A DNA stretch of 54,083 nucleotides, taken from Dehalococcoidia bacterium (GTDB lineage Bacteria > Chloroflexota > Dehalococcoidia > UBA2979). Below the pieces are notes generated by a model, which was not told the DNA's origin, searched no databases, and saw nothing but the letters and a program-made list of their open reading frames with translations. The DNA lies in contig SHYR01000005.1 in NCBI GenBank assembly GCA_009692705.1, forward strand, positions 1-54,083. The letters run 5' to 3'. Made by a program: the position numbers and the translations under genes. Shown here one piece after another: positions 35,918-45,643 of the stretch. Position 1 is the first letter of the stretch; each line of letters begins with the position of its first letter.

Positions 35918-38641
35918 GTGAAGTCCCCCACCGTTCACGAGCTGCGTACGACGTTCCTCCAGTTCTTCGAGGAGCGTGGACACCGCCGCATCCCGTCCTC
36001 CTCGCTGGTCCCCCACGGCGACCCCACGCTGCTGTTCACCACCGCCGGGATGGTGCAGTTCAAGCCCTACTTCATGGGGCTCGAAGCGCCGCCCGCGCGC
36101 CGCATGACCTCGGTTCAGAAGTGCTTCCGCACCACCGACATCGAGTCCGTGGGCGACGAGTCGCACCTCACCTTCTTCGAGATGTTGGGGAACTTCTCGA
36201 TCGGCGAGTACTTCAAGCCCGAGGCGGTGGAGTGGGCGTGGGCGTTCCTCACCGGGCTGCTCGAGATCCCGCCCGAGCGGCTGTGGGCCACCGTCTACAT
36301 CGACGACGAGGAGACGTTCGCGCTCTGGCGCGCGCGCGGGCTGCCGCCGGAGCGCATCCTGCGCTACACCGCCGAGCAGGGGAACTTCTGGGGCCCGCCC
36401 GGCGATAGCGGCCCCTGCGGGCCCTGCTCCGAGCTGCACTACGACTTCGGCCCGCGGCCGGGATGCGACCCGTGCGCGCGCGGTGCCTGCCACCCGGACG
36501 TGGGCTGCGGGCGCTTCCTCGAGATCTGGAACCTCGTCTTCATGTCGCTCTACCAGGACGCGGACGGCGCCCGCGCGCCGCTGCCCGCGCGGAACGTCGA
36601 CACGGGGGCGGGCCTCGAGCGCGTGGCGTGGGTTTTGCAGGGTGCGCGCTCGGTGTACGAGACCGACGAGCTGCGCGGCGTGCTCGCGCGCGTGGAGCAG
36701 GTCTCGGGACGGCGCTACGACCCCGACGGCGCGCCGGAGGTCGCGCGGGCGCAGCGCGCGATCGTGGACCACGCGCGCGCGATCGCGCTGCTGGTCGCCG
36801 ACGGCGTGCTGCCCGGCAACGAGGGCCGCGGCTACGTGCTGCGCCGCGTGCTGCGCCGCGCCGTCTACTGCGGCCACACCATCGGCCTGCGCGAGCCGTT
36901 CCTGGAGCGCGTGATCGACGCCGCGATCGACGCCGCCGTGCGCTGGTACGCCGCGGTCGGGGAGCAGCGCGCCTTCATCCTCCGCACGGCAGCGCAGGAG
37001 GAGTCCCGCTTCCAGTCCACGCTCGCACGCGGCCTCGAGCTGCTCGAGCAGGTGATCGAGCACGAGGCGACAGGGCATGGAGTGCGGCGCATCACCGGCC
37101 GCGAGATGTTCGCGCTCTACGACACGCACGGGTTGCCGCCGGAGCTGACACGCGAGGTGGCCGCCGCACGCGGCTACGGCGTCGACGACGCGGGCTTCGA
37201 GGCGGAGATGGCGGCGCAGCGCGCCCGCTCCAGCGGCGAGGCCGCCACCGGGAGCGCGGACGGCGAGCGCGAGCGCCGCCACGCCGCGCTGGGCGCGGAG
37301 AGCGAGTTCGTCGGCTACGAGGCGACCGAGGCGCGCTCGACCGTGATCGCGCTGCTCGACGCCAGCAGCGAGCGTGCGTCGCGGCTGGCAGCCGGCACCG
37401 AGGGCGCGCTGGTGCTGGCCGCGACGGCGTTCTACCCGGAGGGCGGCGGGCAGGTGGGCGACCGCGGCGAGATCGTCACGCCCTCCGGCCGCTTCCGCGT
37501 CGACGACACACAGCGCCACGGGGAGGCGATCGTGCACCTCGGCGCCGTGGTGGAAGGCGCGATCGCGCTCGGCGAGGCGGCGGAGAGCCGCGTCGACCCG
37601 GAGCGGCGCGCGCTCACCGCCAGCAACCACACCGCCACGCACCTGCTGCACGCGGCGCTGCGCCAGCTGCTGGGCTCGCACGTGCGGCAGGCCGGCTCCT
37701 ACGTCGGCCCGGACCGCCTGCGCTTCGACTACACCCACCCGCAGGCCCCCACCGCGGAGGAACTGCGCGCGATCCATCGGCTGGTGAACGCGCGCATCCG
37801 CGACGACATCGCGCGCGAAACACTCGAGCTGCCGTACGAGCAGGCGATCGAGCGCGGCGCGATCGCCTTCTTCGAGGACCGCTACGCGCCGCAGGTGCGC
37901 ATGGTCGAGTACTGCGGGTCGCGCGGCCACGGCCACGAGCACAGTGCCTCGCACCCTGCCCAGCACGCCGGCGCCTGCTTCAGCCGCGAGCTCTGCGGCG
38001 GCACGCACCTGCACTCCACGGGGCAGGCCGGCAGCCTTCAGATCGTCTCCGACTCCAGCATCGGCGCCGGGCTGCGGCGCATCGAGGCGGTGACAGGCCC
38101 CGCGGCGGAGCACTACGTCGAGGAGCGCCTGGAGATAGTGGGCGACCTCGCGCGCCGCTTCAAGGTGCCGGTGGAGCAGCTGCCCGCGCGCGTGGCGGCG
38201 CTCGAGGAGCAGCTTGCGCAGGAGCGCGCGCGGCTCGCCGCGAGCGAGCGCCGCGCCTCCGCCGACCTGGCCACCGAGCTCTGGAGCCGGGGCGCGGAGG
38301 AGATCGCCGGTGTGCAGCTGGTGGTGGCGCACGTGGCGGTAGCATCAGTCGAGGCGCTGCGCTCGCTCGCCGATCGCATCCGGCAGAACCTCGGCAGCGC
38401 GGTCGTGGTGCTCGGGGCGGAGATCGACGGCCGCCCGCAGCTGCTGGTCGCGGCCACCGACGACGTGGTGAAGCGCGGTGTGCGCGCGGACGAGCTCGTG
38501 CGCATCGCCGCGAAGGAGATCGGCGGCAGCGGCGGCGGGCGCCCGCAGCTCGCGCAGGCCGGCGGGCGCGACGCCTCCCGCCTCGACGCCGCGCTCGACG
38601 CCGCCCGCGCGGCCGCGAGAGAGCGGCTGGCCGGGGCCTAG
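35918..38641 (+). CDS. alaS: Alanyl-tRNA synthetase
   Basis: DPTLLFTTAGMVQFK, HLTFFEMLGNFS, DTGAGLER, NHTATHLLH, ELCGGTH, GGGRPQLAQAGG. Confidence 0.97.
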   Translation: MKSPTVHELRTTFLQFFEERGHRRIPSSSLVPHGDPTLLFTTAGMVQFKPYFMGLEAPPARRMTSVQKCFRTTDIESVGDESHLTFFEMLGNFSIGEYFKPEAVEWAWAFLTGLLEIPPERLWATVYIDDEETFALWRARGLPPERILRYTAEQGNFWGPPGDSGPCGPCSELHYDFGPRPGCDPCARGACHPDVGCGRFLEIWNLVFMSLYQDADGARAPLPARNVDTGAGLERVAWVLQGARSVYETDELRGVLARVEQVSGRRYDPDGAPEVARAQRAIVDHARAIALLVADGVLPGNEGRGYVLRRVLRRAVYCGHTIGLREPFLERVIDAAIDAAVRWYAAVGEQRAFILRTAAQEESRFQSTLARGLELLEQVIEHEATGHGVRRITGREMFALYDTHGLPPELTREVAAARGYGVDDAGFEAEMAAQRARSSGEAATGSADGERERRHAALGAESEFVGYEATEARSTVIALLDASSERASRLAAGTEGALVLAATAFYPEGGGQVGDRGEIVTPSGRFRVDDTQRHGEAIVHLGAVVEGAIALGEAAESRVDPERRALTASNHTATHLLHAALRQLLGSHVRQAGSYVGPDRLRFDYTHPQAPTAEELRAIHRLVNARIRDDIARETLELPYEQAIERGAIAFFEDRYAPQVRMVEYCGSRGHGHEHSASHPAQHAGACFSRELCGGTHLHSTGQAGSLQIVSDSSIGAGLRRIEAVTGPAAEHYVEERLEIVGDLARRFKVPVEQLPARVAALEEQLAQERARLAASERRASADLATELWSRGAEEIAGVQLVVAHVAVASVEALRSLADRIRQNLGSAVVVLGAEIDGRPQLLVAATDDVVKRGVRADELVRIAAKEIGGSGGGRPQLAQAGGRDASRLDAALDAARAAARERLAGA

Positions 38642-38717
38642 CCGAGATGCCACCCGCATCGACCCGCCAGACCAGCCAGCCCCGTCGCCAGACCTGCCGA
38701 CGCCACCCGTACCGGCG

Positions 38718-39134
38718 ATGAGGTGGCTGGGCGTCGACGCCGGCGAGGCGCGCGTGGGCATCGCCGCCTGCGACGCGGAGGAGCGCGTGGCGGTGCCGCT
38801 GGAGGTGGTGCTGGCCTCCGCCGCGTTCCCAGCGATCCGCGCCATCGCGGCCCGCGAGGGCGTGGGCGGCATCGTGGTCGGGCTGCCGCTGCACGCCGAC
38901 GGCGGCGAGGGCGAGGCGGTACGGATGGCGCGCCGCCTCGGCGACCGCCTCGCGCGGGCGCTCGCCATTCCCGTCGAGTACGAGGACGAGCGCTTCTCCT
39001 CCGCCGAGGCCCAGGCGCCGGCGGAGGCGGGGCGAGGAGCGCGCAGCGCCCGCCCGCGCGATGATCTGGCGGCGGCGGTGATCCTGCAGCGCTTCATCGA
39101 TCGACGGCGAGGAGGCCGCGGTGCGCCCCCGTAG
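38718..39134 (+). CDS. ruvX: RuvX/YqgF pre-16S rRNA nuclease
   Basis: LGVDAGEARVGIA, VVGLPL, DERFSS, DDLAAAVILQ; follows alaS. Confidence 0.92.
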   Translation: MRWLGVDAGEARVGIAACDAEERVAVPLEVVLASAAFPAIRAIAAREGVGGIVVGLPLHADGGEGEAVRMARRLGDRLARALAIPVEYEDERFSSAEAQAPAEAGRGARSARPRDDLAAAVILQRFIDRRRGGRGAPP

Positions 39135-40218
39135 CCAGTGTACGAGCGCCCTTTGGAGCAGCGGCCGCTACGCACCGACGCTCTACGCGCTGATCGTCGC
39201 CGCGTTGCTCGCGCTGGTGCTGCGCAGCACCGCGGGCGCGGTCGGCGCCGCGCTCACGCCGCGCGAGGGCTCGCCGGTGAGCGCGCGGCCGGCCGCCCAG
39301 CCGGTGGTCGTGACCGTCGAGCGGGGCGCGGACACCTCCACGATCGTGCGCGCGCTGCTGGCCGCGGGCGTGCTCGCGCACGAGCGCCAGTTCGCGACGC
39401 TGCTCGCCTACACGGGGGGCGGCGACGCCCTGCAGGCCGGGCGCTACGAATTCCAGCGCGGGCTGCCGGCCACCGAGGTGCTGCGGCGGCTGCGCGACGG
39501 GCTGAGCAGTGAGCACCTGCTGACGATCCCGGAGGGGCTGCGACTGGAGCAGATCGGGGAGCTGCTGGAGCGCCGCCAGGTCGTGAAGGCAGCACAGTGG
39601 GCGGCGGCGCTCGAGCCGGCGCGCACGGAGCCGCTGCTGGCCGCGCGCCCGCCCGGTGCCTCGCTGCTCGGCTATTTGCTGCCGGCGTCGTACGCCGTGG
39701 GCTCCTCCCCGAGCGCCGGCGAGCTGCTGACGGAGATGATCGAGGCCTTCGCGGAGCGCATGACCGCCACGCGGCTGGACGCGGTGCGCGCCAGCAGCAT
39801 GACGCTGCACGCCGTGCTCACACTCGCCTCGATCGTGGAGAAGGAGGCGATCGTGCCGGAGGAGCAGCCGCTGATCGCCTCAGCGCTGCTCAACCGGCTG
39901 CGGGCAGGGATCGCGCTGCAGGCCGACCCCACGGTGCAGTTCGCGCTCGCGTCTCGCGACGGCGGCGCGCGGAGCTGGTGGCCGCTGCTGGGGACCGCCG
40001 ACCTCGCGATCGACTCGCCGTACAACACCTACCGCTACCCCGGGCTGCCGCCGGGGCCGATCGCCAACCCCGGCACCGGCGCGATCGACGCGGTCTTGCA
40101 CCCCGCGCAGACCAACTACCTCTACTTCGTCGCGCACTGCGACGGCAGCGACCGCCACCTCTTCGCCGTGACGCTCGAGCAGCACAACGCGAACGCCGCG
40201 CGCTGCCCGGGGCGGTGA
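39121..40218 (+). CDS. mltG: Endolytic transglycosylase MltG (YceG)
   Basis: TM anchor, LQAGRY, TIPEGL, ASIVEKE, LQADPTV, SPYNTYRYPGLPPGPIANPG, YLYFV; start uncertain. Confidence 0.92.
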   Translation: MRPRSQCTSALWSSGRYAPTLYALIVAALLALVLRSTAGAVGAALTPREGSPVSARPAAQPVVVTVERGADTSTIVRALLAAGVLAHERQFATLLAYTGGGDALQAGRYEFQRGLPATEVLRRLRDGLSSEHLLTIPEGLRLEQIGELLERRQVVKAAQWAAALEPARTEPLLAARPPGASLLGYLLPASYAVGSSPSAGELLTEMIEAFAERMTATRLDAVRASSMTLHAVLTLASIVEKEAIVPEEQPLIASALLNRLRAGIALQADPTVQFALASRDGGARSWWPLLGTADLAIDSPYNTYRYPGLPPGPIANPGTGAIDAVLHPAQTNYLYFVAHCDGSDRHLFAVTLEQHNANAARCPGR

Positions 40219-40222
40219 GCGC

Positions 40223-41077
40223 ATGACCGCGACGATCGCGCTCATCGGTCACCCGGTCGCGCACTCGATCTCGCCGCGCTTCCAGCAGGCCGCGCTCGAC
40301 GCCGCGGGCGTGGACGCGCACTACGAGGCGTGGGACACCACGCCGGAGGCGCTGCCAGCGGCGATCGAACGGCTGCGCTCCGGTGACGTGCTGGGCGCCA
40401 ATGTCACCGTGCCGCACAAGGTTGCCGCGCTGCGCCTGATCGAGCGCCCGGACCCGCTGGCGGAGCTGGTGGGCGCGGTGAACACGATCTGGCGCGAGCG
40501 CGGACTGCTGCACGCCACGAACACCGACGTCGCCGGCGTGCTGCACGCGCTCGCGGATGCCGGCGTCACGCTGGCGGGCGAGCACGTGGTGCTGCTGGGG
40601 GCGGGGGGCGCGGCCCGCGCGGTGGTGGTCGCGCTGCGGCGCGCCGGCGCGGCCTCGCTCACGATCGCCAACCGCACGCTACCGCGCGCGCAGGCGCTGG
40701 CGGAACTTGCGGGGCAAGGGCTGCCCGCGAGCGTGTGCGAGCTGGACCCCGGCTCGGACGCGCTGCGCGGCGCGCTGATGCGCGCGGGGCTGGTGATACA
40801 CTCCACCCCGCTGGGCATGCGTCACGGCCCGGACGAACGGGCAACGCCGCTGCCGGCGGACTGCTTCCACCGTGGACAGGTCGCCTTCGACCTTGTCTAC
40901 GTCCCGGAGCGCACGCCCTTCCTCGACGCGACGGCCAGCGCAGGCGCGCGCACGGTGGGGGGGCTGGCGATGCTCGTGCACCAGGGCGCGGAATCGTTCC
41001 GCCTCTGGACCGGCCGGGAGCCGTCGCTGGAGGTCATGTTCGCGGCGGCGCGCGCGGCGCTGGACGGCGCGCGCTGA
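40223..41077 (+). CDS. aroE: Shikimate dehydrogenase
   Basis: GHPVAHSISP, NVTVPHK, GAVNT, NTD, GAGGAARA, GLAMLVHQG. Confidence 0.95.
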   Translation: MTATIALIGHPVAHSISPRFQQAALDAAGVDAHYEAWDTTPEALPAAIERLRSGDVLGANVTVPHKVAALRLIERPDPLAELVGAVNTIWRERGLLHATNTDVAGVLHALADAGVTLAGEHVVLLGAGGAARAVVVALRRAGAASLTIANRTLPRAQALAELAGQGLPASVCELDPGSDALRGALMRAGLVIHSTPLGMRHGPDERATPLPADCFHRGQVAFDLVYVPERTPFLDATASAGARTVGGLAMLVHQGAESFRLWTGREPSLEVMFAAARAALDGAR

Positions 41078-41123
41078 GCGCGGCAAGGGACGCGGCAACG
41101 GAGAGACGGCAGGGAGCGCATCA

Positions 41124-41765
41124 ATGGGGTGGGGCATCATCGCCGTCCTGCTGCTGGGCGCGCTGCTGGCGTTCATCGTGATCCAGGCCTCCTTCGCCTC
41201 GCGCCAGTGGGACCGCGTGATCGCCGCCGGCGACGTGAACGCGCTGGGCGAGGCGCTCGACACGGCGTTCGACGGCTGGCGCGCGCGGCGCGCGCCCCGC
41301 GGCACCCCGCCCGCGGACTGGCAGGCGCTGCTTTCCGCCGAGCTGGTCGCCGCCGACCGCGATCGCTGCCGGGTCTCCTTGCTGGCCGAGCCGGACCTGC
41401 GCGTGATCGATGGGCAGCGCGAGGAGGTGGGTGACGCGCCCTCGGTGGCGCGACGTGCAGCGGTGGCGATGGCGGAGCGGCTGCTGTACGAGATCCCGCA
41501 CGTGCGCTTCGCCGAGCTGCAGATCGACGTCGGCACGGAGTACCGCGCGCCCGATGGCACCACGCGCGAGGAGTGCCTGCTGAGCACGCGCGTCACGCGC
41601 GCGCAGGCGGCCACGGCGGACTGGGACGGCGGCGACACGGCGGCGGTGCTGGGGGAGTGGCGCACGCGCGAGTCCGCCCGCGGGCGGCCACTCGACCCGG
41701 ACCAGGATGCGCTGATCCTGCCGGACGAGCCGGGCGCGGTGGTGGTGATCCGGGAGCGTGCGTGA
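41124..41765 (+). CDS. Hypothetical single-pass membrane protein
   Basis: GGGAG RBS, N-terminal TM helix, GC-rich third positions, stop overlaps the aroC start. Confidence 0.75.
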   Translation: MGWGIIAVLLLGALLAFIVIQASFASRQWDRVIAAGDVNALGEALDTAFDGWRARRAPRGTPPADWQALLSAELVAADRDRCRVSLLAEPDLRVIDGQREEVGDAPSVARRAAVAMAERLLYEIPHVRFAELQIDVGTEYRAPDGTTREECLLSTRVTRAQAATADWDGGDTAAVLGEWRTRESARGRPLDPDQDALILPDEPGAVVVIRERA

Positions 41766-42952
41766 TGACCGGGTTCCGCTTCCTCACGGCGGGGGAGTCA
41801 CACGGCCCGGCGCTGACCGTGATCGTGGAGGGGGTGCCGGGCGGGCTGCCGCTGGGCGAGGCCCAGATCGCGCGCGACCTCGCGCGCCGCCAGGGCGGCT
41901 ACGGCCGCGGCCGGCGCCAACAGATCGAGCGGGACTTCGCGCGCATCACGGGCGGAGTGCGGCACGGCACCACCATCGGCTCCCCGATCGCGCTCTGGAT
42001 CGAGAACGCCGACCACCAGAACGCCAACTGGCGCGTGCGCATGTCCGTCGACCCCGTGGCGGAGGAAATGGAGCGCATCACGCTGCTCCGCCCCGGCCAC
42101 GCCGACCTCCCCGGCACGCAGAAGTACGGCTACGCCGACGTGCGCCCGATCCTGGAGCGTTCCAGCGCGCGCGAGACCGCGGCGCGCGTCGCCGCGGGCG
42201 CAGTCGCGCGCGCGCTGGTGGGAGCCGTCGGCATCACGATCCACTCGCACACGGTGTCGATCGGGCACGTGGAGGCGGAGCCGCCCGCGGGCGCGATCGA
42301 CTGGGAAGCCGTTGAGGCCTCGCCGGTGCGCGTGGCGGATCCGCAGGCGGAGCCGCGCATGGTCGCGGCGATCGACGCCGCGAAGGACGCGCTGGACTCG
42401 CTCGGCGGGATCTTCGAGGTGCGCGCCAGCGGCGTGCCGATCGGCCTCGGCAGCCACGTGCAGTGGGACCGCCGCCTCGACGCGCAGATCGCGCAGGCGT
42501 TCGTGTCGATCAACGCCGTGAAGGGCGTGGAGATCGGCGACGCCTTCGCGAACGCCCGCCGCCGTGGGTCGCAGGCGCAGGACGCGATCCTGCCCGTGAG
42601 CCAGTGGCCGCGCGGCGAGCGCTGGGCGCGCGGCAGCAACCACGCCGGCGGCCTCGAGGGCGGCATGAGCAACGGCCAGGAGATCGTGGTGCGCGGCGCG
42701 CTCAAACCGCTCTCCACCATCCCCAGCCGCATGCCGAGCGCGGACCTGCTCACGGGCGAGGCGGCGCCCTCGTTCTACGAGCGCTCGGACGCCTGCGTGG
42801 TGCCGGCGGCGGGCGTGATCGGCGAGGCGATGCTGGCGCTGGTGCTGGCGCGCGCCGTGCTCGAGAAGTTCGGCGGCGACCACATCGACGAACTGCGCCG
42901 CAACTGCGCCGCCTACCAGGCGACGGTCGGGCCGCGGGAGCCGCGCCCGTGA
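41765..42952 (+). CDS. aroC: Chorismate synthase
   Basis: TAGESHG, RPGHAD, ERSSARETAARVAAG, GGLEGGMSNG, ERSDAC. Confidence 0.96.
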   Translation: MTGFRFLTAGESHGPALTVIVEGVPGGLPLGEAQIARDLARRQGGYGRGRRQQIERDFARITGGVRHGTTIGSPIALWIENADHQNANWRVRMSVDPVAEEMERITLLRPGHADLPGTQKYGYADVRPILERSSARETAARVAAGAVARALVGAVGITIHSHTVSIGHVEAEPPAGAIDWEAVEASPVRVADPQAEPRMVAAIDAAKDALDSLGGIFEVRASGVPIGLGSHVQWDRRLDAQIAQAFVSINAVKGVEIGDAFANARRRGSQAQDAILPVSQWPRGERWARGSNHAGGLEGGMSNGQEIVVRGALKPLSTIPSRMPSADLLTGEAAPSFYERSDACVVPAAGVIGEAMLALVLARAVLEKFGGDHIDELRRNCAAYQATVGPREPRP

Positions 42953-44655
42953 CGCCGTCGCGACCGGCCGCCCAGCAGATCGTGCTGGTTGGCCTCTCCG
43001 GCGTCGGCAAGTCCACGGTCGGCCGCGCGCTGGCCGAGCGGCTGGGCTGGCCGCTGATCGACACCGACGACGCGGTCACGCGGCGGGAGGGCAAGACCCC
43101 TGCGCAGCTGATCACCGAGCGCGGCGAGACCGCCTTCCGCCAACTCGAGGAACGCGCCGTCGCCGAGGCCGTGCGCACCGCGCCGGCTGTGATCGCCACC
43201 GGCGGCGGCGCGTTCATGAGCGCGCGCTCGCGCCGCGCACTCGGCGAGCGCGGCTTGATCTGCTACCTCGACGCCACTCCGGGCGAGATCGCGCGGCGCG
43301 TTCAGGGCGCGCCGGACGCGCAGGAGCGCCCGCTGCTCGGCCGCGAGCTGCAGTCGCGGCTCTACGAGCTCGACGACGAGCGGCGGCCGTTCTACAACCA
43401 CGCCGACCTGTGGGTGCCGGTGCAGGAGCGCGCGGGCGCCGCGGGCGCCGTGCCGGAGGCCGCGGTCGCGCGCATCGTGCGGGCGTGGGTCACCGATGGC
43501 CCGCGGTTGGTGAGCCAGCCCTCGCGTCTGGAGCGCCTCGGCGACGCCGCACCGGCGCGCGTCCCGGCGGCGATCGTGGACACCGGCGAGGAGCGCTGCC
43601 CGATCTGGATCGGCGCCGGCGAACTGGAGCGCCTGCCCGAGCGGCTGCGCATGCTCGGCCTCGGCGGCACTGTGTTTTTGATCTCCGACAGCACCGTGAT
43701 GGAGGCGCACGGCCAGCGCGTGGCGCGTGCGCTGGCCGCGGCGGGGATCGCGGGCGCGTCGTACATCGTGCCGCCGGGGGAGTCCTCGAAGTCGCTGCGC
43801 GTCGCCGGGGAGCTCTACACGTGGCTCGCGGAGCGGCGCGCGGAGCGCAGCGACCTCGTGCTGGCGTTCGGCGGCGGGGTGGTGGGCGACCTCGCCGGGT
43901 ACGTAGCGGCGAGCTACCTGCGCGGCATGCCGCTGGTGCAACTCCCGACCACGGTGCTGGCGATGAACGACGCGGCGATCGGCGGCAAGGTCGCGGTCGA
44001 CCTCCCCGCGGGCAAGAACCTCGTGGGCGCGTTCCACCAGCCACGCGCGGTGATCGCCGATATCTCGACGCTGCGCACGCTGCCGCGCCGCGCCTACCTC
44101 GAGGGCTTCGCCGAAGTGATCAAGCACGCCCTGATCCTCGATCCGCCGCTGCTCGGCGAGCTGGAGCGACACGTCGCGCGGCTCACCGCCGACGACCCGG
44201 ACCCGGAGCTGCTGGCCTGCGTCACCGCTCGCTCCGCGCGGCTGAAGGCGCTGATCGTCTCCTCAGACCCCTACGAGCACGGGCTGCGCGCGATCCTCAA
44301 CTACGGCCACACCGTCGGCCACGCCCTGGAGACCGCCGGCGCCTACCGCCATCACCTGCACGGCGAGGCGGTCGCGGTCGGTATGATGGCCGCCGCCCGC
44401 ATCGCCGAGCGGATGGGGCTGATCGACGAGGCGCTGGTGCAGCGTCACTCCGAGGTGCTGCGCGCCTACGGCCTGCCGCTCGCGGCCTCCGGCGTGCGCC
44501 CGGAGGCGGTGCTGGCGGCGATGCGCCTCGACAAGAAGGTGCAGGCGGGGCGCCAGCGCTTCGTGCTGCTGGATGACGCCGGCCGCGCCACCGTGCGCGA
44601 CGACGTGCCCGCGGCGCTGGTCGAGGACGTGGTGCGGGGGCTGATCGAGCCGTGA
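42949..44655 (+). CDS. aroB: Bifunctional shikimate kinase / 3-dehydroquinate synthase (AroK-AroB fusion)
   Basis: GLSGVGKST..GETAFRQLE..ATGGG..RPLL (AroK) fused to GGGVVGD, GGKVAV, KNLVGAFHQP, LNYGHTVGHA, HGEAV (AroB). Confidence 0.93.
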   Translation: MTPSRPAAQQIVLVGLSGVGKSTVGRALAERLGWPLIDTDDAVTRREGKTPAQLITERGETAFRQLEERAVAEAVRTAPAVIATGGGAFMSARSRRALGERGLICYLDATPGEIARRVQGAPDAQERPLLGRELQSRLYELDDERRPFYNHADLWVPVQERAGAAGAVPEAAVARIVRAWVTDGPRLVSQPSRLERLGDAAPARVPAAIVDTGEERCPIWIGAGELERLPERLRMLGLGGTVFLISDSTVMEAHGQRVARALAAAGIAGASYIVPPGESSKSLRVAGELYTWLAERRAERSDLVLAFGGGVVGDLAGYVAASYLRGMPLVQLPTTVLAMNDAAIGGKVAVDLPAGKNLVGAFHQPRAVIADISTLRTLPRRAYLEGFAEVIKHALILDPPLLGELERHVARLTADDPDPELLACVTARSARLKALIVSSDPYEHGLRAILNYGHTVGHALETAGAYRHHLHGEAVAVGMMAAARIAERMGLIDEALVQRHSEVLRAYGLPLAASGVRPEAVLAAMRLDKKVQAGRQRFVLLDDAGRATVRDDVPAALVEDVVRGLIEP

Positions 44656-44945
44656 CGTCGCGCGGCGGGCAGCGGCGCATCTATGCACGCGCCACCGGCC
44701 GCGTGCACGGCGTCGGCTACCGCTCCTTCTGCGCCGACACCGCCACGCGGCTGCACGTCACCGGCTACGCGCGCAACCTCAACAACGGCCGCACCGTGGA
44801 GGTGGTCGGCGAGGCCGACGAGGCGACGCTGCGCGGCTTCGTGGAGCGGCTGCGCGAGGGACCGCCGCAGGCGCGGGTAGAGGAGGTCGACTTCCGCTGG
44901 GAGGAGGCCACCGGCGAGTTCAAGGGCTTCGAGGCGGTGATCTAG
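44652..44945 (+). CDS. acyP: Acylphosphatase
   Basis: GRVHGVGYR, GYARN, GPPQARV. Confidence 0.92.
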   Translation: MTSRGGQRRIYARATGRVHGVGYRSFCADTATRLHVTGYARNLNNGRTVEVVGEADEATLRGFVERLREGPPQARVEEVDFRWEEATGEFKGFEAVI

Positions 44946-44981
44946 GCCGGGCGACCCAAACGATGACGCAACGATTCGACG

Positions 44982-45641
44982 CTAGCCGTGCCAGCCGTCG
45001 CGGGGACGGCGGCGGATGGTGAGCCGGACCGCGCTGGGCCAGCGCACCCCCTTCAGCTGCTCCACCATCGTCAGCACCGGCCGCGCGATCATGTCGGTAA
45101 CGAAGCCGCTGCCCTGCACGGTCCGGCCGTCCACGCTCAACTGCATCGAGACCTCCGGCCGTGGCACGAGCACCGCGCTTTCGACCAGCTCGGCGAGCCC
45201 GCCGATCTCGCCGGGCCCGAAGCTCGCGAAGCTGCCGCGCAGCTCGTCCGAGGAGACCACCGCGATCAGGTCGGCGGGCGCGGTCGCGAGCGCCGGGGCG
45301 CCGGGCGGCGAGAGCTCCACGGCGGGGTAGCCGGCGTCCTCGAAGCCCTCCGCCAGCAACAGGTCCACCTGCGGGTCGAGCGCCGCCACGATATCGCGCA
45401 GCGCCGGCAGCGCCAGCGAGCGCTCGACCGTGACGCGGCCGCCGCCCGCCAGCACCACCACCGTTGCCACCGCGCCCGCCGCGATCAGCCGCTCGGACTC
45501 TGGATCGAGCTGCGGCGTGCCCTCCCGGCGCACCGCCGAGGCGATGCGGTAGCCGCGCTGCCGCAGCGCCTCCACCAGCGAGACGATCAGCAGCGTCTTG
45601 CCCGAGCCCGGCGGGCCGACCACGCGCAGCACCGCCGCCAT
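44982..45641 (-). CDS. mobB: MobB-like molybdopterin-guanine dinucleotide biosynthesis protein
   Basis: GPPGSGKT Walker A, DLLLAEGF, C-terminal small beta domain; adjacent to moeA. Confidence 0.72.
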   Translation of the reverse strand: MAAVLRVVGPPGSGKTLLIVSLVEALRQRGYRIASAVRREGTPQLDPESERLIAAGAVATVVVLAGGGRVTVERSLALPALRDIVAALDPQVDLLLAEGFEDAGYPAVELSPPGAPALATAPADLIAVVSSDELRGSFASFGPGEIGGLAELVESAVLVPRPEVSMQLSVDGRTVQGSGFVTDMIARPVLTMVEQLKGVRWPSAVRLTIRRRPRDGWHG

Positions 45642-45643
45642 CG

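Noticed and set aside
38642-38717. Repeat-containing spacer (CGCCAGACC x2) with an out-of-frame ATG between alaS and ruvX
   Set aside because: Short and low-complexity; it cannot be told apart from a neutral spacer.
42949-44655. AroK-AroB fusion as a novelty
   Set aside because: This fusion is already known in several bacterial lineages.
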